Source of the DNA: Diadema antillarum
Taxonomy: Eukaryota
Assembly: GCF_040938485.1 (NCBI RefSeq)
Contig: NW_027270898.1
Location: forward strand, 62,001 to 126,000
Direction of reading: 5' to 3'
Length of the DNA: 64,000 nt
The position numbers were made by a program, and so were the translations under genes. Each line of letters opens with the position of its first letter. Positions within the stretch are counted from its first letter, which is position 1. Below are positions 51,342-64,000 of the stretch, in pieces. The notes beneath the pieces are model-generated. The model was not told where the DNA came from and searched no databases. It saw only the letters and a list, made by a program, of their open reading frames with translations.

Positions 51342-52917
51342 AGCGGGGTTCCCACTGTCGTATGATCCGTCACAAACGCCACGATTGGACATTCGTAACT
51401 GACTGTGGAAGTTTAGTTGAACTCGTCTAAAATTTCACGTTTGGATACGACGTTATGCGAGTCAATACGTGCTGGTTCGCTTGGAGGCGATATGGTCACG
51501 ATTGGTCTATTTCAAGGAATACGGTTTGTCACGATCTGGTCTCCCGTTCAACAACGATCCTATAGGATTGTCCCGATTGAGTCCACGATTGGTTCCGACC
51601 TACACGATTATTACGATCGGGATACCCGATCTTGTGCGTGCAGCTACGTTCTGATACGTTCCAATTCGAATACTGCGAACTAATGCGGGCTGTTGAGATA
51701 AGATACGATATCTTTCACGATCGGCATCAAAAGCGACCCCCATTTAAGTTGCGATTGGACCTGAATGTCAATATTATACTCCGGCTGACAATGGATTTCA
51801 TTGTTTCCTTAACTTCTGCAGAGTGATTAGGCCTATACAGGTATATACTATCCACAATCATTGATGATGGCAAGGGTTGACAGGTTGAGGATAATGACAA
51901 CGTGACCTTTGCAGTATTGCGAATGACGATTACGTTATCATCAGAGAGAAAGCAGCACCTAGGCCAGCCACAACCTCAGATAGTCCCCCCTCTAACTTAA
52001 CCTAGGAAAGAAATTAATAGACTATTGAATCGACATGCTCATCCTCTCTCCCCCTACCCCCAACCCCCCCTCCCCCCCCCCGAAAACCGACGAATACACA
52101 AGATCAGATCATTGCCCCCTCTTACCCCAGAAAAAAATCAAGACAATTGCTTTCGCCTTCTTTTGAAATATATGAAGGTAATAATGGTGAAATGGAAACT
52201 AAAAAAGAGGATGGGATTTTTATGAATGCTTACATTATGTGTTATATGCGATCAATGTAGGAATTTGGCCGAAATGATAGTATTGCTTGTGTGTTTGATT
52301 TTGTATTCGCATAGTATGTATCATATTATGGCTTTTTATTACAAAGTGTCGTAATCTCATGGGGTATTGAAAGTTTAGTTGGTTTGGCTTGATTTACCGT
52401 TTTATTTAACATTGTTTAAGGAAACCGATATGCACACAACAGAAAATTAACTTTTCTAAAATAATATCACTTTTTAACAAAACCATTGTTTTAAGCAAAA
52501 TTATTTCGTAGGGGTATTGCTACACTTATTGACTAACTTTTATGTGAAAAATAACGACAGCGATCTTTATAGTCCTGTACGAGTGGCAAATGTGCAAAAA
52601 AAAAAAAAAAAAAAACAAGCAGAAGGGAAGTGAAAAGTCGATCCCGATCAACACGATTGAGAAGCAGGTAGATGAGATTTGCTGCGTTTTGATTCGATCC
52701 AAGACAATCTGATGCGATGATCACGATCAAAAATTAATCGTGTTAATCGCAGAAAATGTTTGCACCGTCCAAAACTTTTCTACGATTTACGCGATTGCCA
52801 CGATTAACCTCAAGATCTGATACAATCTAATACGATGTAATAAGATCACCACGATTGCTTCACGATTTAGACCACGATTGCAATCGTGGCGCCAATCGTG
52901 ACAGTGGGAACCCCGCT
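51342..52917. mobile_element. 1576-bp non-autonomous PIF/Harbinger-like DNA transposon
   Basis: TIR AGCGGGGTTCCCACTGTC / GACAGTGGGAACCCCGCT. TAA TSD at 51339-41 and 52918-20. Paralogous units show the empty site (TAAACGTC). Many (C/T)ACGAT subterminal repeats. No transposase ORF. Confidence 0.85.
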
Positions 52918-54076
52918 TAAACGTCATTAATTTCTTAAAGTGATCAATTATATTTCATGCATGTTTTTCTCCTCTGTGAAATTCGATGGATCAAAAAATT
53001 ACTTAATCCCCCCCCCCCCCAAAAAAAAAAAATAAGAAGTCATCTTAGAAGTGTTTATGTATGCTAAAATAACCATTGCGGTATAAAGCAAAATACTTGG
53101 CGAGCTGTGAAAGATCAAGAAGAGTACAGTAAGCTCCTTCCAAGGAACATTCAATAGTGAAAAAAAAATCCTCTCATCCGAGTGGAATCTCGATGGAGTG
53201 TGAGGAATGAGAAATGAAAGTTACGTTTGCGTGTCAGATGTTCCCTCAAGAAATCTCGAAATTCTGCATTTTAACAACTAAAAATATACAAAATATCAAA
53301 AAGGTTGTGATTTTTACAATAGCAGCAGAAAAAACAACAACATTTTTTCAAGCAATTAAGATGAGAATTCAAGGAACAGCACATAAGGTTTGAACACTTT
53401 TTTTTTCCATTACCCACGCTTTGTTTCTTTTGAGTTTAATTCATATTTCACATTTTTGACGCTTTGGTTCTTTTCTCTCCAATACCGATTAATCTATGAT
53501 TTAACATTCTAGATGTGCTGATTCATGTTGTCATGTAGTCCGTGCACGTGTTGTTTGGCGCTAATTCTAATCTGCCTCTCAGAAAACACTAACAATGGGA
53601 TTGAATTAAATTGATGTGAATTGAAGGTGGATCATTCATGTCGAGACTCTCTGGGGCATAAGACCCTAATTTAATGTCTTTAATCTCATACTTATCAACA
53701 CGTTTTAATTGTGTGTTATATGAATGTTTGTTTGGGGTATGGGTATGGTTTTTGCTGTCAGCGACAAAGTATTACATGATCTATACATTTCTTAAACTGC
53801 GGCTTATGTGATATTTTCCAGTTTTGAACAGTTGTTGTTTTTCATAATGATCCTTGATTGATTCATGACTTTTAAATAAACTTCACAAAATGTTAGACTT
53901 AGAAACACTTTAGCGAAGTCTATGCAAAACATGATATGAACCAATTATTTAAATGAAAAGATCCAAATGATTTTTTTAGCAAAATATAACACACTAACTT
54001 AAACTTACTTAAAACTTCAGAGCCTCAGTGAATTTAAGTATTTTTATTTTGTTGATAAACATCTAAGAATATAGAT

Positions 54077-56340
54077 GAATTAATAATAATAATAATAATA
54101 GTGGCTACTTGTATAGCGCACAGGTCCACTTTTCAGTGCTCATGGCGCTTCAAAATGAAAAGATATCATATATTTACATGCATATACATATTCAAACATT
54201 TCAACAAATAAGAAAATGGTAAACAAAAACAAATATATATCAAATAAAGAATACAACATATACCAATTAAAAATACAATATTGATCCAATATTAATGACA
54301 TACAGCAATTACAGTCCTCAGTATGAAAGGAACAGATAAGTTTTAAGTTTGGATTTGAATGACTCTGTAGATGACAGTTCCCTTAACTGAAGAGGTAACT
54401 GATTCCACAATTTTGGTCCCATAACGGAAAAAGCACGATCACCATACCCATGTTTTACTCTGGGTGTTTGGAGTAAGAATGCATCTGATGATGAACGTAG
54501 CCTTCGTGCCGGAATGTATTTTTGAACAGAATTACTTATGTATATTGGGGGAAAAGAATGAACTGAATGATGTACTAATAACAGAATCATGAAAATAATC
54601 CTTTTTTCTACAGGTAACCAATGTAAGGAACGGAGAACTGGTGACATGGAATCAAACTTATTAGTAAAAGTTAACAATCGGGCAGCAGAATTTTGCAACC
54701 GTTGAAGTTTTGTGACATCTTTTTTTGAAAGATTACACAACAATGAATTCGAAAAATCCAACCGAGAAGAAATCAAAGCATGAATAAGTATCTCAGCTGC
54801 AGATTTAGACAAATATTTCCTTATGAAACTTAAATTACGCAACTGATATCGAACATTCCGCTTAATATGAGTTACATGACTTCGAATGACATTTCCTGAT
54901 CAAATATGACACCTAAATTACGGGCTGTTTTCGACGGAGTAATGCAAGTGCTACCGATGTTGACATGACATGACTGATAATCAACTTTGCTTAACATATG
55001 CTTTGATCCCAATAACAGAAACTCAGATTTATCATCATTTAGTTTAAGGCCATTGGATGTAAGCCAGATTTTCAGGTCTTGCAAACATGTTTCGAGTTTT
55101 GCAATGGCGGATGACAATGAAGACACAGTGGGTTAAAAGACAAATATAGTTGTATATCATCCGCATAACAATGATAACTAATACAATGCTTGCGAAATAC
55201 TTCACTAATTGGTTGCATATACAGAGAAAAAAGCAGCGGGCCTCCAACAGAACCTTGAGGTACACCAAACTTTGTCATAGTTTAAGAGGTAGAATCACCA
55301 ATTCTAACATAATGAGATCGATCACATAAGTAGGATATAAACCAATCAAGAACAGTTCCTTTGATGCCCAAATATCTCAATCGTTGAATCAGAATAGCAT
55401 GATCGACTGTGTCAAAAGCTGAGCTCATATCAAGCATGATAAGAGCAGTGATGTTACCACTATCTAATTCTCTGAACACAATATCTGATAAGTTGACTAA
55501 CAGTGTTTCTACACTATGACCAGGCTTGTACGCAGATTGAAAAGAATCAAGTAATTCATTATCTTGCAGATACATTGTCAGTTGTGAGAAAACAACCTTT
55601 TCAAGCAATTTACTTAAATAAGTTAAATTTGAAATTGGGCGGTAATTTTTTAGACACTCCTGATCTAAGCCTGCTTTTTTCAAAGTTGGATGAATAACTG
55701 CTTTTTTACACACCTGTGGAACTACACCTAATCTCAGGCTAGCATTTATGATTCTTGTGATAACGGGTGCTAAAACTCTGCCACACTTCTTAACCAAATC
55801 TGTTGGGATTGGATCAAGTTCACATGATTTGTTAGGTGAGTTCTTAATAAGCTTTTCTATCTCATTAACAGTGACAGACTTAAACTCACTCAATTCTGAC
55901 TTGACTTCACATACAATGTTATTTGGCTGTTCACAACGAGTTGGGAAACTCCGTTGGATTGCCACAATTTTATCAATGAAAAATTGATTAAAACAATTGG
56001 CTAACTCAACTTGATCACCATGAGGGAGGTGTTCTGGCAAAGGAGATCGCTGTTTTCGATAAAGCAAAGCATTAGCAGCTTTGTACAACTTCTTTGTATC
56101 TTTCCCACAATCCGTAACCTTTTTTGAATGATATTGTAACTTAGCATCTTTAATCAAGGCATTTACACATCGCCTTTGTGCATGATACATCTGCTTGTGA
56201 ATCTCCAGTTTTGTGGACCTTGACTTCCTTTCTAACTGTCTACGAAGCAGTTTTGCTTGAGCTATTTCTGGGGTATACCATTCCGTATTGGGGTGTATTG
56301 TGACCTTGATTCGTTTCTCAGGTGCCAACTTATCAATTCG
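54077..56340 (-). mobile_element. 5'-truncated L2 LINE with disrupted ORF2 (reverse transcriptase)
   Basis: Fragments [84 protein letters not shown] and GDRAFSVMGPKLWNQLP. In-frame stop near 55282 and frameshifts. 3' end GCGCC...GCGCTATACAAGT followed by (TAT)n. Confidence 0.95.
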
Positions 56341-56350
56341 CCATGTCTTA

Positions 56351-56828
56351 AATATCTAAACTATGCAAATTTGTATGAGGCAAATAAACACATTTTGTTT
56401 ATGTGGGAGAATGCAATTACAACCGGGGTAGATGAATATTGGTTTATTTCATCATAACAAGAATGATACAAAGCTAATTGCGTGTCATTGCTGTAAATAT
56501 GCACGCAATACAATACAATACAATACAATACAATATTTTTCACATTCAAACCCCCAAAATATGTTCCGTATTATATTTTTTACAAAAAAAATATCTAAAC
56601 TATGCGAATTTGTATGAGGCAAATAAACACATTTTGTTTATGTGGGAGAATGCAATTAAAACCGGTATAGATGGATATTGGTTTATTTCATCATAACAAG
56701 AATGATACATAGCTAATTGCGTGGCATTGCTGTAAATATACACGCAATACAATACAATACAATACAATACAATATTTTTCACATTCATACCCCCAGAATA
56801 TGTTCCGTATTATATTTTTTTACAAATA
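56351..56828. repeat. Two tandem copies of a 239-bp unit containing (CAATA)n
   Basis: AATATCTAAACTATGC starts at 56351 and 56590; the copies are near-identical. Confidence 0.9.
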
Positions 56829-57942
56829 TGATTTTATTCTTAAGAAAAAAAAAACTAACATCAAAAAGTAATACGAAATAAAAGAAATAAAAAATATATA
56901 TACATACATGTATTATACATACTATGGGCCTACATCAGCCCACTACAGCGGTAACATGTGCCAAATTTCATATCAAATGCTCAACAACTGTGGGAGATAA
57001 TCCAATCTACGATACATTTTATACCTTTTACATAAAAAAGGTCACTATGGCAACACATTGCTCAAACATTAAGAAAAAAATCCAATCAAGAAAAATCTTG
57101 TTGATCCTGTGTGTAAGATTCCGAATCAGATACTCAAAACTGTGGGAGTTAGCCAAATGAGCTGATAATCAATTTGTATAATTTCCATTAAAAGATATTG
57201 TTACCATGACAACAAATTGTCTAGCATTGACAAAAACAAATAAAAATAATATTGCGCGAGTAAGATTTTGCAGTCTTCCAAAGATTTTTTCGGTGACGCA
57301 GATCCAAATGAAAAGGGTACCAGAAAATGCTGAGAGGATAATTCTACCAAGACATATTGTGAAACCTTTGATTAGATGTCAATACTTCAAACGAGACAAT
57401 TGTAATTGACGACACTTTTTTTCTGAATCACTGTGTCATATGCAGTACTGATAAGCGCGGTATAAAAAAAAATGCAAAATGCCGCGCTTTAAATAGTAAA
57501 GGACCTAAAGTTCGGGTGATATATTACACTTTCATTTTAGGTCAGAGTTGCAGGCGAGCAAAACATGATGCTGCAGTGAAGTGATATGCAACTTTCCTCT
57601 CTTTGAATCCTTCTTTTCTGTCATTTTCTTATCTGCATTTATAACCAAACAAGAGACACACTGTATAGCGCTTTGCTGATGAGCTTTGAAATTATTACCC
57701 AATCGTTGCAAATAAAAATTAACAGCGCTTACATAATTATGACGTTAAAGCCCGCAAAATGTATCCAAATGAAAATCGGTCAAACAAACCACACATGCTA
57801 TACATATTATATTGTGCACCTAGAGAATTTTGATCGGAGCAATTATATAATAACACTGCACTTCAGTCGGCAGACAACGTAAATTTACAACTCTTCCCGT
57901 GTACTGTGATGCAACACGAAGGCCAAAATGTCGAAAAACTTC

Positions 57943-59017
57943 TTAGACAGCGACATTGTAGATTGTCGAATCTGTATCACATGTTACTTTATCGCTGAGC
58001 AAAGCCGTTCTTCTCGTCGAGTTGGCCGTTGATTTGAGCAATTCTCCTATCGCCTTGCGAAATTCAGGATTCCGAATCGTGTAAATGACTGGGTTTGCGC
58101 ACGAATTACAGAAGGCTAGGACAACTAAAGCTGAATTTAGTGGGCTGTACAAGTAGGTCTCCGGCAGAACACGAAGGTTGTACAAGAGATATACCGTCTG
58201 CGTTGGTGTCCACGAGATGAGAAAAACCGCAACAACAAGGAAAAGAATCTTGAGAACACTTTTCCTAGCCACAAGGTACTTCGCTAACGGGTTTAACTTA
58301 TAGCAATGTGAATCTTCTCCCAGCCTCCGGCGTGACTGTCGATGGAGCAACAGTGCGATGAGACCTTGGGCTACAAGCATAATGTAGGCTGGTATTAGAA
58401 ACTGAACGAGGAAAAGCATACAACCTGAGGTGACCTGGAAAAGCCGTGAATGAAATGTCGCTGTGCACTCGTCGTCTTTAGCACCAGCCACAAAGAACAA
58501 GAAAACGTTTGCCAAAAACGCGATCATCCATGTAACAGCAACAACTTTGATAACTCTCTGCCGTGTTACAAGACGCTTGAAATGAAGAGGGTGGGCAATC
58601 GCAATGTATCTCTCTATTGGAATCAAAGTCAAAATGAAGATGGAGGCATCCACTGAAACCCACATGAGCATTGATGTGTAAACAACCTTGCAGTAGACAT
58701 TCCCTAGCCACGTTCCAGGAACTCTGAGTGGAGTCGGCAGGGGAACAATGAACACTGAAGTCAGGAAGTCCGCAGCGGCCAGAGCACCGATCAGTGCATC
58801 AGTCGACCGGCAATTGTGGCGCCTTTGGAATACCACCAGGATCACGGTCAGGTTTCCTGATATTCCCAGCATGGACATTGCTAGTTGTAGAATAGTCACC
58901 CATGTCCATGTGACTGACTGCCACTTCCAAAGCGGCTGGGGTACTGCAGGCTTTCCCTCATTTTGCGCCGGAAAATTCGGAGTTCTAATCTCTGCAGTCT
59001 CTGTATGGATTTCTGTC
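57943..59017 (-). pseudogene. GPCR copy 4: 7TM region intact, 5' end deleted (probable pseudogene, or N-terminally truncated receptor)
   Basis: Homology to the paralogous CDS stops at about 59017 and jumps to sequence matching 44061 onward, which is intron in copy 2. The native ATG, signal peptide, most of the stalk and the acceptor are missing. An in-frame ATG at 59062-64 lies in former intron sequence. Confidence 0.75.
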
Positions 59018-59996
59018 AAGTAACATTCCTCAATGAAAACAGATACAAAAATGGTAGATGTCATCAAATTTCACCTGCGATTTTCAATGCTGCATTGATT
59101 TATTTAGACTTCATTGATATCCACCTGAACATATGGGGTGCCATTAGATGACTTTTCAGCAGAACACGAATTATTTCAAACTCTCATATTTTTTTTTGTT
59201 AAATGCTCTCCTGCATTAGTGATTGCAAGAGGAGCAAGTAGGTCAGTACGCAAGAAAATTAGACAGACTAGTGAAAGTCAAGAGGCACCAAGAAAGTCTT
59301 TGGAGATCTGTGCGAAATTTACTGCCTTTGAAATAGGCTACACTCTACCAGACATTTTGGCATATCCAAAATTGTGAGCTTCATACAAGAATTTTGATAT
59401 GTCAATACTAAAACACACAACATTGGCTATGACTAAAGATTGACGGGAGCTAATAACAGCTTGATGGCTTTTGTCAGAGTCTACGCTTTGCCAGACCTAT
59501 CAAAATGAAAGTCTTTTGGCCACTTTGGATAATACGTCAACACTATACAGAATAAGATTGGTTTCGACTATAGATTATCTGTTTAGGATTTCTTCTTTAA
59601 AGACATAAATACAAATTCTTATCACAGCATTGAGCTATGTTGTGTTAATTTTGTGATTGGAAAGGTAATTTACTACCATATTCTTATATAAACCTGAAGC
59701 TGACATGAAAATTATAACGTAATTGATCACTTCCGATTTTAGTCTATACTTGTAGGTGTTATAATAAACTATTATCGTGATTAACGACAATGCAACTACA
59801 ACCAGGTTATAGGACGTTATAGCAGAATTAAACTCAGTAGTATACAGTGCCTTACCTCAAAGGCGTCATAACTGCAATGCTTCTGTTTCTTAAGCCCCTA
59901 TTGAGACTATAGAACAGTTATACAATAATCGATACCGTTTCTGATTAAGGCCAATATTCTTATGCACGCATGCGGAAATTATGTGGCAAATCTTAC

Positions 59997-60162
59997 CCGA
60001 GAAGCAAATGACTCCTTAGCAAAGATTAGCAAAATCAGCAGATCACATATACATCCGCATTTCGTTGGAGTGATGTACTAGAAATGCATCTCTTTAGGGC
60101 TTAAATAGTCGTCGTCAAATAATGTCCGTGTGTAGTGGATGATAATGAGTTCAGCCAATAAT
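59997..60162 (-). promoter_or_regulatory. Retained core promoter, exon 1 and donor of GPCR copy 4
   Basis: Donor CGG|GTAAGA at 59996, TATTTAA at 60101-60107, CCAAT at 60155-60159. Confidence 0.55.
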
Positions 60163-62365
60163 ACCAATTCATTCGCCAAACATAATTAAACGTAGTACCT
60201 TTTCACAATACAGACAGACAGACATACACACGCGTGCGCACTCCACAAACATTAGGCCTATAGCGCCGCACGCAGGAACAAAATCACTCATGCACCATAG
60301 CACTGTAAAGTTGACTCAATATAAACAAATCTGTAATCCGGCATTGCAATGTGATAATCACATCGAAGCACAGCCAGGCAAAACACTCGTAAGAAAACAT
60401 CAGTACGTCACTACGCATAACATAAGATGTTCTTGCTTTTAAAAATGAGTTGCATTATTTCACATAAACGTCTTTCATTTCTTAAAGTGATCTATACTTT
60501 ATTTCACATTCTGTTTCTGACCTTAACGAATACAATGTTACGGAATGCAATGGGTCAGTAAAGCATTGACTACCAAGGAAAATAGGAATTTATTCAATGT
60601 GCTAATTTACCCTCAAATCACCATAGCAGTGAGCAAATCTAGTTCGGTAGCTGTGAAAGATTGAGAAGAGTACAGTAATTTCAATCCGTGGAATTTTTGA
60701 TAGTAAAGGAAATCCTATACTCTCTGATTGGAATCTTGAAAGAGTGTGAAGAATGGGAAATTGATGTTAGGTTTACGTGGAGGCGTTCCCTCTAGAAATT
60801 TCAACATTTAGCATTCAACTTAAAACATGCAACGAGTTGTGCCTTTCAAAACAGCAAGGCAAAAGACATCATTCGTGTTAGCAATTAAGACGAGAAGGAA
60901 AGGCCACATAAGTATGAGCATTTCAACATTACTGACTCTTCTTTCTTTTTAGTTCATTGTATACAATTTGCAATATTGATACTTTTCTTCTTTCCCCTCC
61001 AATACCGGTGAGGGAGAAAATATATGCATTCAGACACTAATCGTTTACACGTCTTAATTACGTGTCATATCGATACAAGTTTGGGGTTAGGGGTATGTTC
61101 GCTGCTGTCTGTGTTAAAGATTTTGCTCACTCTATAGGTTTTCCCATCTGCTTAATAGGAGATATTTTCCCATTTTGAATAGTTGTCGGTTTTTCAACAT
61201 TGATCTATGCTTGACTCATGATTTCTAAATGAACTCTACAAAACATGGAGACTCAGAGAAGCACTTTAATGAAATTTCTCCAAAACATAAAGTAAACCAA
61301 AAAAATTAAATGAAAAGAGCCAAATGCGAAATAGAAAGATATCACAATAAGTATACTTATTTGAAAATTTAGAGGCTCAGAGAATATAAGCACTTGATGA
61401 TAAACGTACAAGTGTGTGTGAAACTTTAGTAGTTCTTGAAATACCTTAAATCCTTTGTATTCATATAAAGGAAGATAAATACGTGTTGTTTATGGGAGTG
61501 GGTGGAATAAATGCGGCGTTTTTAAGCCAGAGTGCTTACACTATCTCAGGTAATTCAACACACATTCATTGTCAGTTAAGGTTACACATAAGTTATGCAT
61601 ACTGTTGCAGTGAAGTGGCGTGAGGTGATAACTTTCACATCTCTGGGGTGTTCTTTTCTGCCAGTTTCCTACACTCGATATAATAAGAGAAATAAGTCCA
61701 ACTTTGCACTTTTACGTGTGATGTACAACATCTTTCCGGGTGCAACTTTGCACCGTTTAGACCAGTGAGCACCTTCAATCCTCTCTGTGCCACGTCTATT
61801 TCCTATTCATAGACATGTGTGTGAAATTTGTGCATATTTGACTCTTTGTCACAGAAGGGTTAAGGATGAAACTTTGCCCCATTAAAGGTACTCATTGTTC
61901 AGAAAGGTGCAAAGTTGCATCCGTAATGGTGCTACAATTGTGCCACACATAAATGTGCAAAGTTAACCCTTTTTATATATCTGCATTCATGATCAAACAA
62001 TAGGACAGTTGCTGTAGCGCTCAGCTGGAGCTCTTTAAAATTATTCCCTCATTGTTGCAAACCAAATGAACCACTCATATATCTGCTATAAATCTACACT
62101 CATTACTTCATTGTTGCACTCTTTGCATAACCATAACGCAAAAACATGCCAAGATGTGTCCATGTGAAAAGCAAACCTACAAAACCACTCATATATCTAC
62201 TGGGAATTTAAAAAATCACACATCTACTGTAAATTTAGAAATTGTTGATTGGAGCAATTACTTCAGTTGACGATTATCATAAATACTTAACGTAAGTATC
62301 TAACTCTTCTTATATTTCGCGGTGAAACATGAAGATTTAACAACTGCTTAATGTCGAAATGATTC

Positions 62366-63775
62366 TCAGACAGGAACATCGGAGATTGTCGAAACTGAAT
62401 CGTCTATTTCCTTTCCACCAAACAAAGCCATTTTCCCCGATGTGCTAGTGGTTGATTTAAACAATTCTCCTATCGCCTTGCGGAATTCAGGATTCCGAAT
62501 CGTGTAAATGACAGGATTTGCGCAAGAATTACAGAAAGCTAGGGTAACTAGAGCGGAACTTAGAGGGCTGTACAGATAGGACTCTGACAAAATACCAAGG
62601 TTGTACAGGAGATATCCCGTTTGAGGCGGTGTCCACGAGATAAGAAAAACCGCAACAACAAGGAACAAAAGCTTTAGAGCATTCTTCCTAGCCACAAGGT
62701 ACTTTACTGATGGGTTTGAGTTATTGAAGTTTGAACTTTCTCCTAGCCTCCGGCGGGATTGTCGATGGAGCACCAATGCCGTGACAGCCTGGCCTACAAG
62801 CATGATGAAAGCTGGTATGAGAAATTGAACGAGGTAAAGCATAATCCCTGAGATAATCTGGACAATTCGTGACTGAAATACTTCGGTGCACTTGTCGTCC
62901 TTAGCACTAGCCACAAAGAATAGGAAAACGTTCGCTAAAAACGCGGCCAGCCATGTCATGGCAACAGCTTTGCCAACCCTCTGCCGTGTTACAAGACGCT
63001 TGAAATGAAGAGGGTGGGCAATCGCAATGTATCTCTCTATTGGAATCAATGCGAGAATGAAGATGGAGGCATCCACTGAAATCCACATGGGCATCGATGT
63101 GTAAATAACCTTGCAGTAGACATCCCCTAGCCATGTTTCAGGAACCCTGAGTTCCGTAGGCAGTGGGACCATGAACACTGATGTTAAGAAATCCGCAACG
63201 GCTAAAGCAGCGATCATTGCATCAGTCGACCGGCAAGTGTAACGTCTTTTGAATAACACGAGGATCACGGTCAGGTTTCCTACTATTCCCAGCATGGACA
63301 TTGTTAGTTGCAGAGTCGTCACCCATGTCCATGTAACTGACTGCCACTTCCAAAGCACCTTGGGAACAGCAGATTCTTCCTCATTTTGCTTGGTGAAATT
63401 TGGCGGACTAAAATCTGCAGTGTCCGTTATTAATTCTGTGTGATTTTCACGGTTCATTTTAGAAATGGTAAAATCGTTTTGTGGGAATGCTTTCATTTGG
63501 ACGTTATCATTGTGCTGTCGGGTTGTTTCGATATGTAAATAGTTCTTTTCAAACTGAGTAGAGACTGAAGCATTATCTAAACGTTGGGCAAATGTCGTCA
63601 AATTGCTGTGAATGACCTCGATGGTTGAATTACATGTAGAATTAACAACCTGTGCCCTCGTAGTGGTTGAGGAAGAGTATTGAACGGCCGTAGTCCTAAC
63701 CGTCTCCGCTGTGACTGTAAGACGGACCGCTTTAGTTATGATAAGGAGAACGATCATTCGAGTTGTTGACCACAT
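62366..63775 (-). CDS. Class A orphan GPCR, copy 5, 469 aa
   Basis: Intact ORF with all 7TM motifs. Acceptor TAATACAG|G at 63793. Exon 1 and promoter would lie beyond the window. Confidence 0.95.
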   Translation of the reverse strand: MWSTTRMIVLLIITKAVRLTVTAETVRTTAVQYSSSTTTRAQVVNSTCNSTIEVIHSNLTTFAQRLDNASVSTQFEKNYLHIETTRQHNDNVQMKAFPQNDFTISKMNRENHTELITDTADFSPPNFTKQNEEESAVPKVLWKWQSVTWTWVTTLQLTMSMLGIVGNLTVILVLFKRRYTCRSTDAMIAALAVADFLTSVFMVPLPTELRVPETWLGDVYCKVIYTSMPMWISVDASIFILALIPIERYIAIAHPLHFKRLVTRQRVGKAVAMTWLAAFLANVFLFFVASAKDDKCTEVFQSRIVQIISGIMLYLVQFLIPAFIMLVGQAVTALVLHRQSRRRLGESSNFNNSNPSVKYLVARKNALKLLFLVVAVFLISWTPPQTGYLLYNLGILSESYLYSPLSSALVTLAFCNSCANPVIYTIRNPEFRKAIGELFKSTTSTSGKMALFGGKEIDDSVSTISDVPV

Positions 63776-64000
63776 TGTTCCTCTTGCTTTTCCTGTATTA
63801 CAGAATATAACATCATAAAATTGTAACGATGTTCATTATTCTGTTGCCAAGGCATGACAGAGGATTATCAAAAGTGCATTATAATTCAGTGTTCACTTTG
63901 ACTTTGAAAACTTCGTATAATCATACAAACAGGCGAAGTTTCATAAAAACTCCGAAACAGCCATGGAATTCTACAATGACAACTTTCTTTCTTAAAGATA

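Noticed and set aside
57200-57213. RFX X-box-like GTTACCATGACAAC
   Set aside because: It lies within an inserted repeat block, is far from any inferred promoter and is absent from the other units.

Overview
AT-rich eukaryotic scaffold with four short N-gaps. The repeat content (L2 and Crack-like LINEs, many MITEs, (TA)n and poly-G runs) and the receptor type suggest a marine invertebrate deuterostome, most likely an echinoderm; this is inference. The right half (about 37-64 kb) is a head-to-tail minus-strand array of five paralogous rhodopsin-class (class A) GPCR genes, loosely galanin/allatostatin-receptor-like, in duplicated units of about 5.2-5.4 kb. Four copies are full length (467-470 aa, signal peptide, glycosylated stalk, Trp-rich pre-TM1 motif). 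Copy 4 has lost its ATG, signal peptide and splice acceptor through a deletion. Comparing the units reveals a gene structure the ORF track does not show: CCAAT box, TATA-like element, a short non-coding exon 1 with a conserved uATG, a 1.1-1.5 kb intron, and an acceptor 16-17 nt before the ATG. It also shows patchwork exchange of the ECL2/TM5 region between copies. The left half holds one GC-richer 404-codon ORF for an apparently disordered protein rich in RRxS motifs, a local tandem duplication, and several small DNA transposons whose target-site duplications can be read directly. No prokaryotic features, rRNA, convincing tRNA or CRISPR array were seen.
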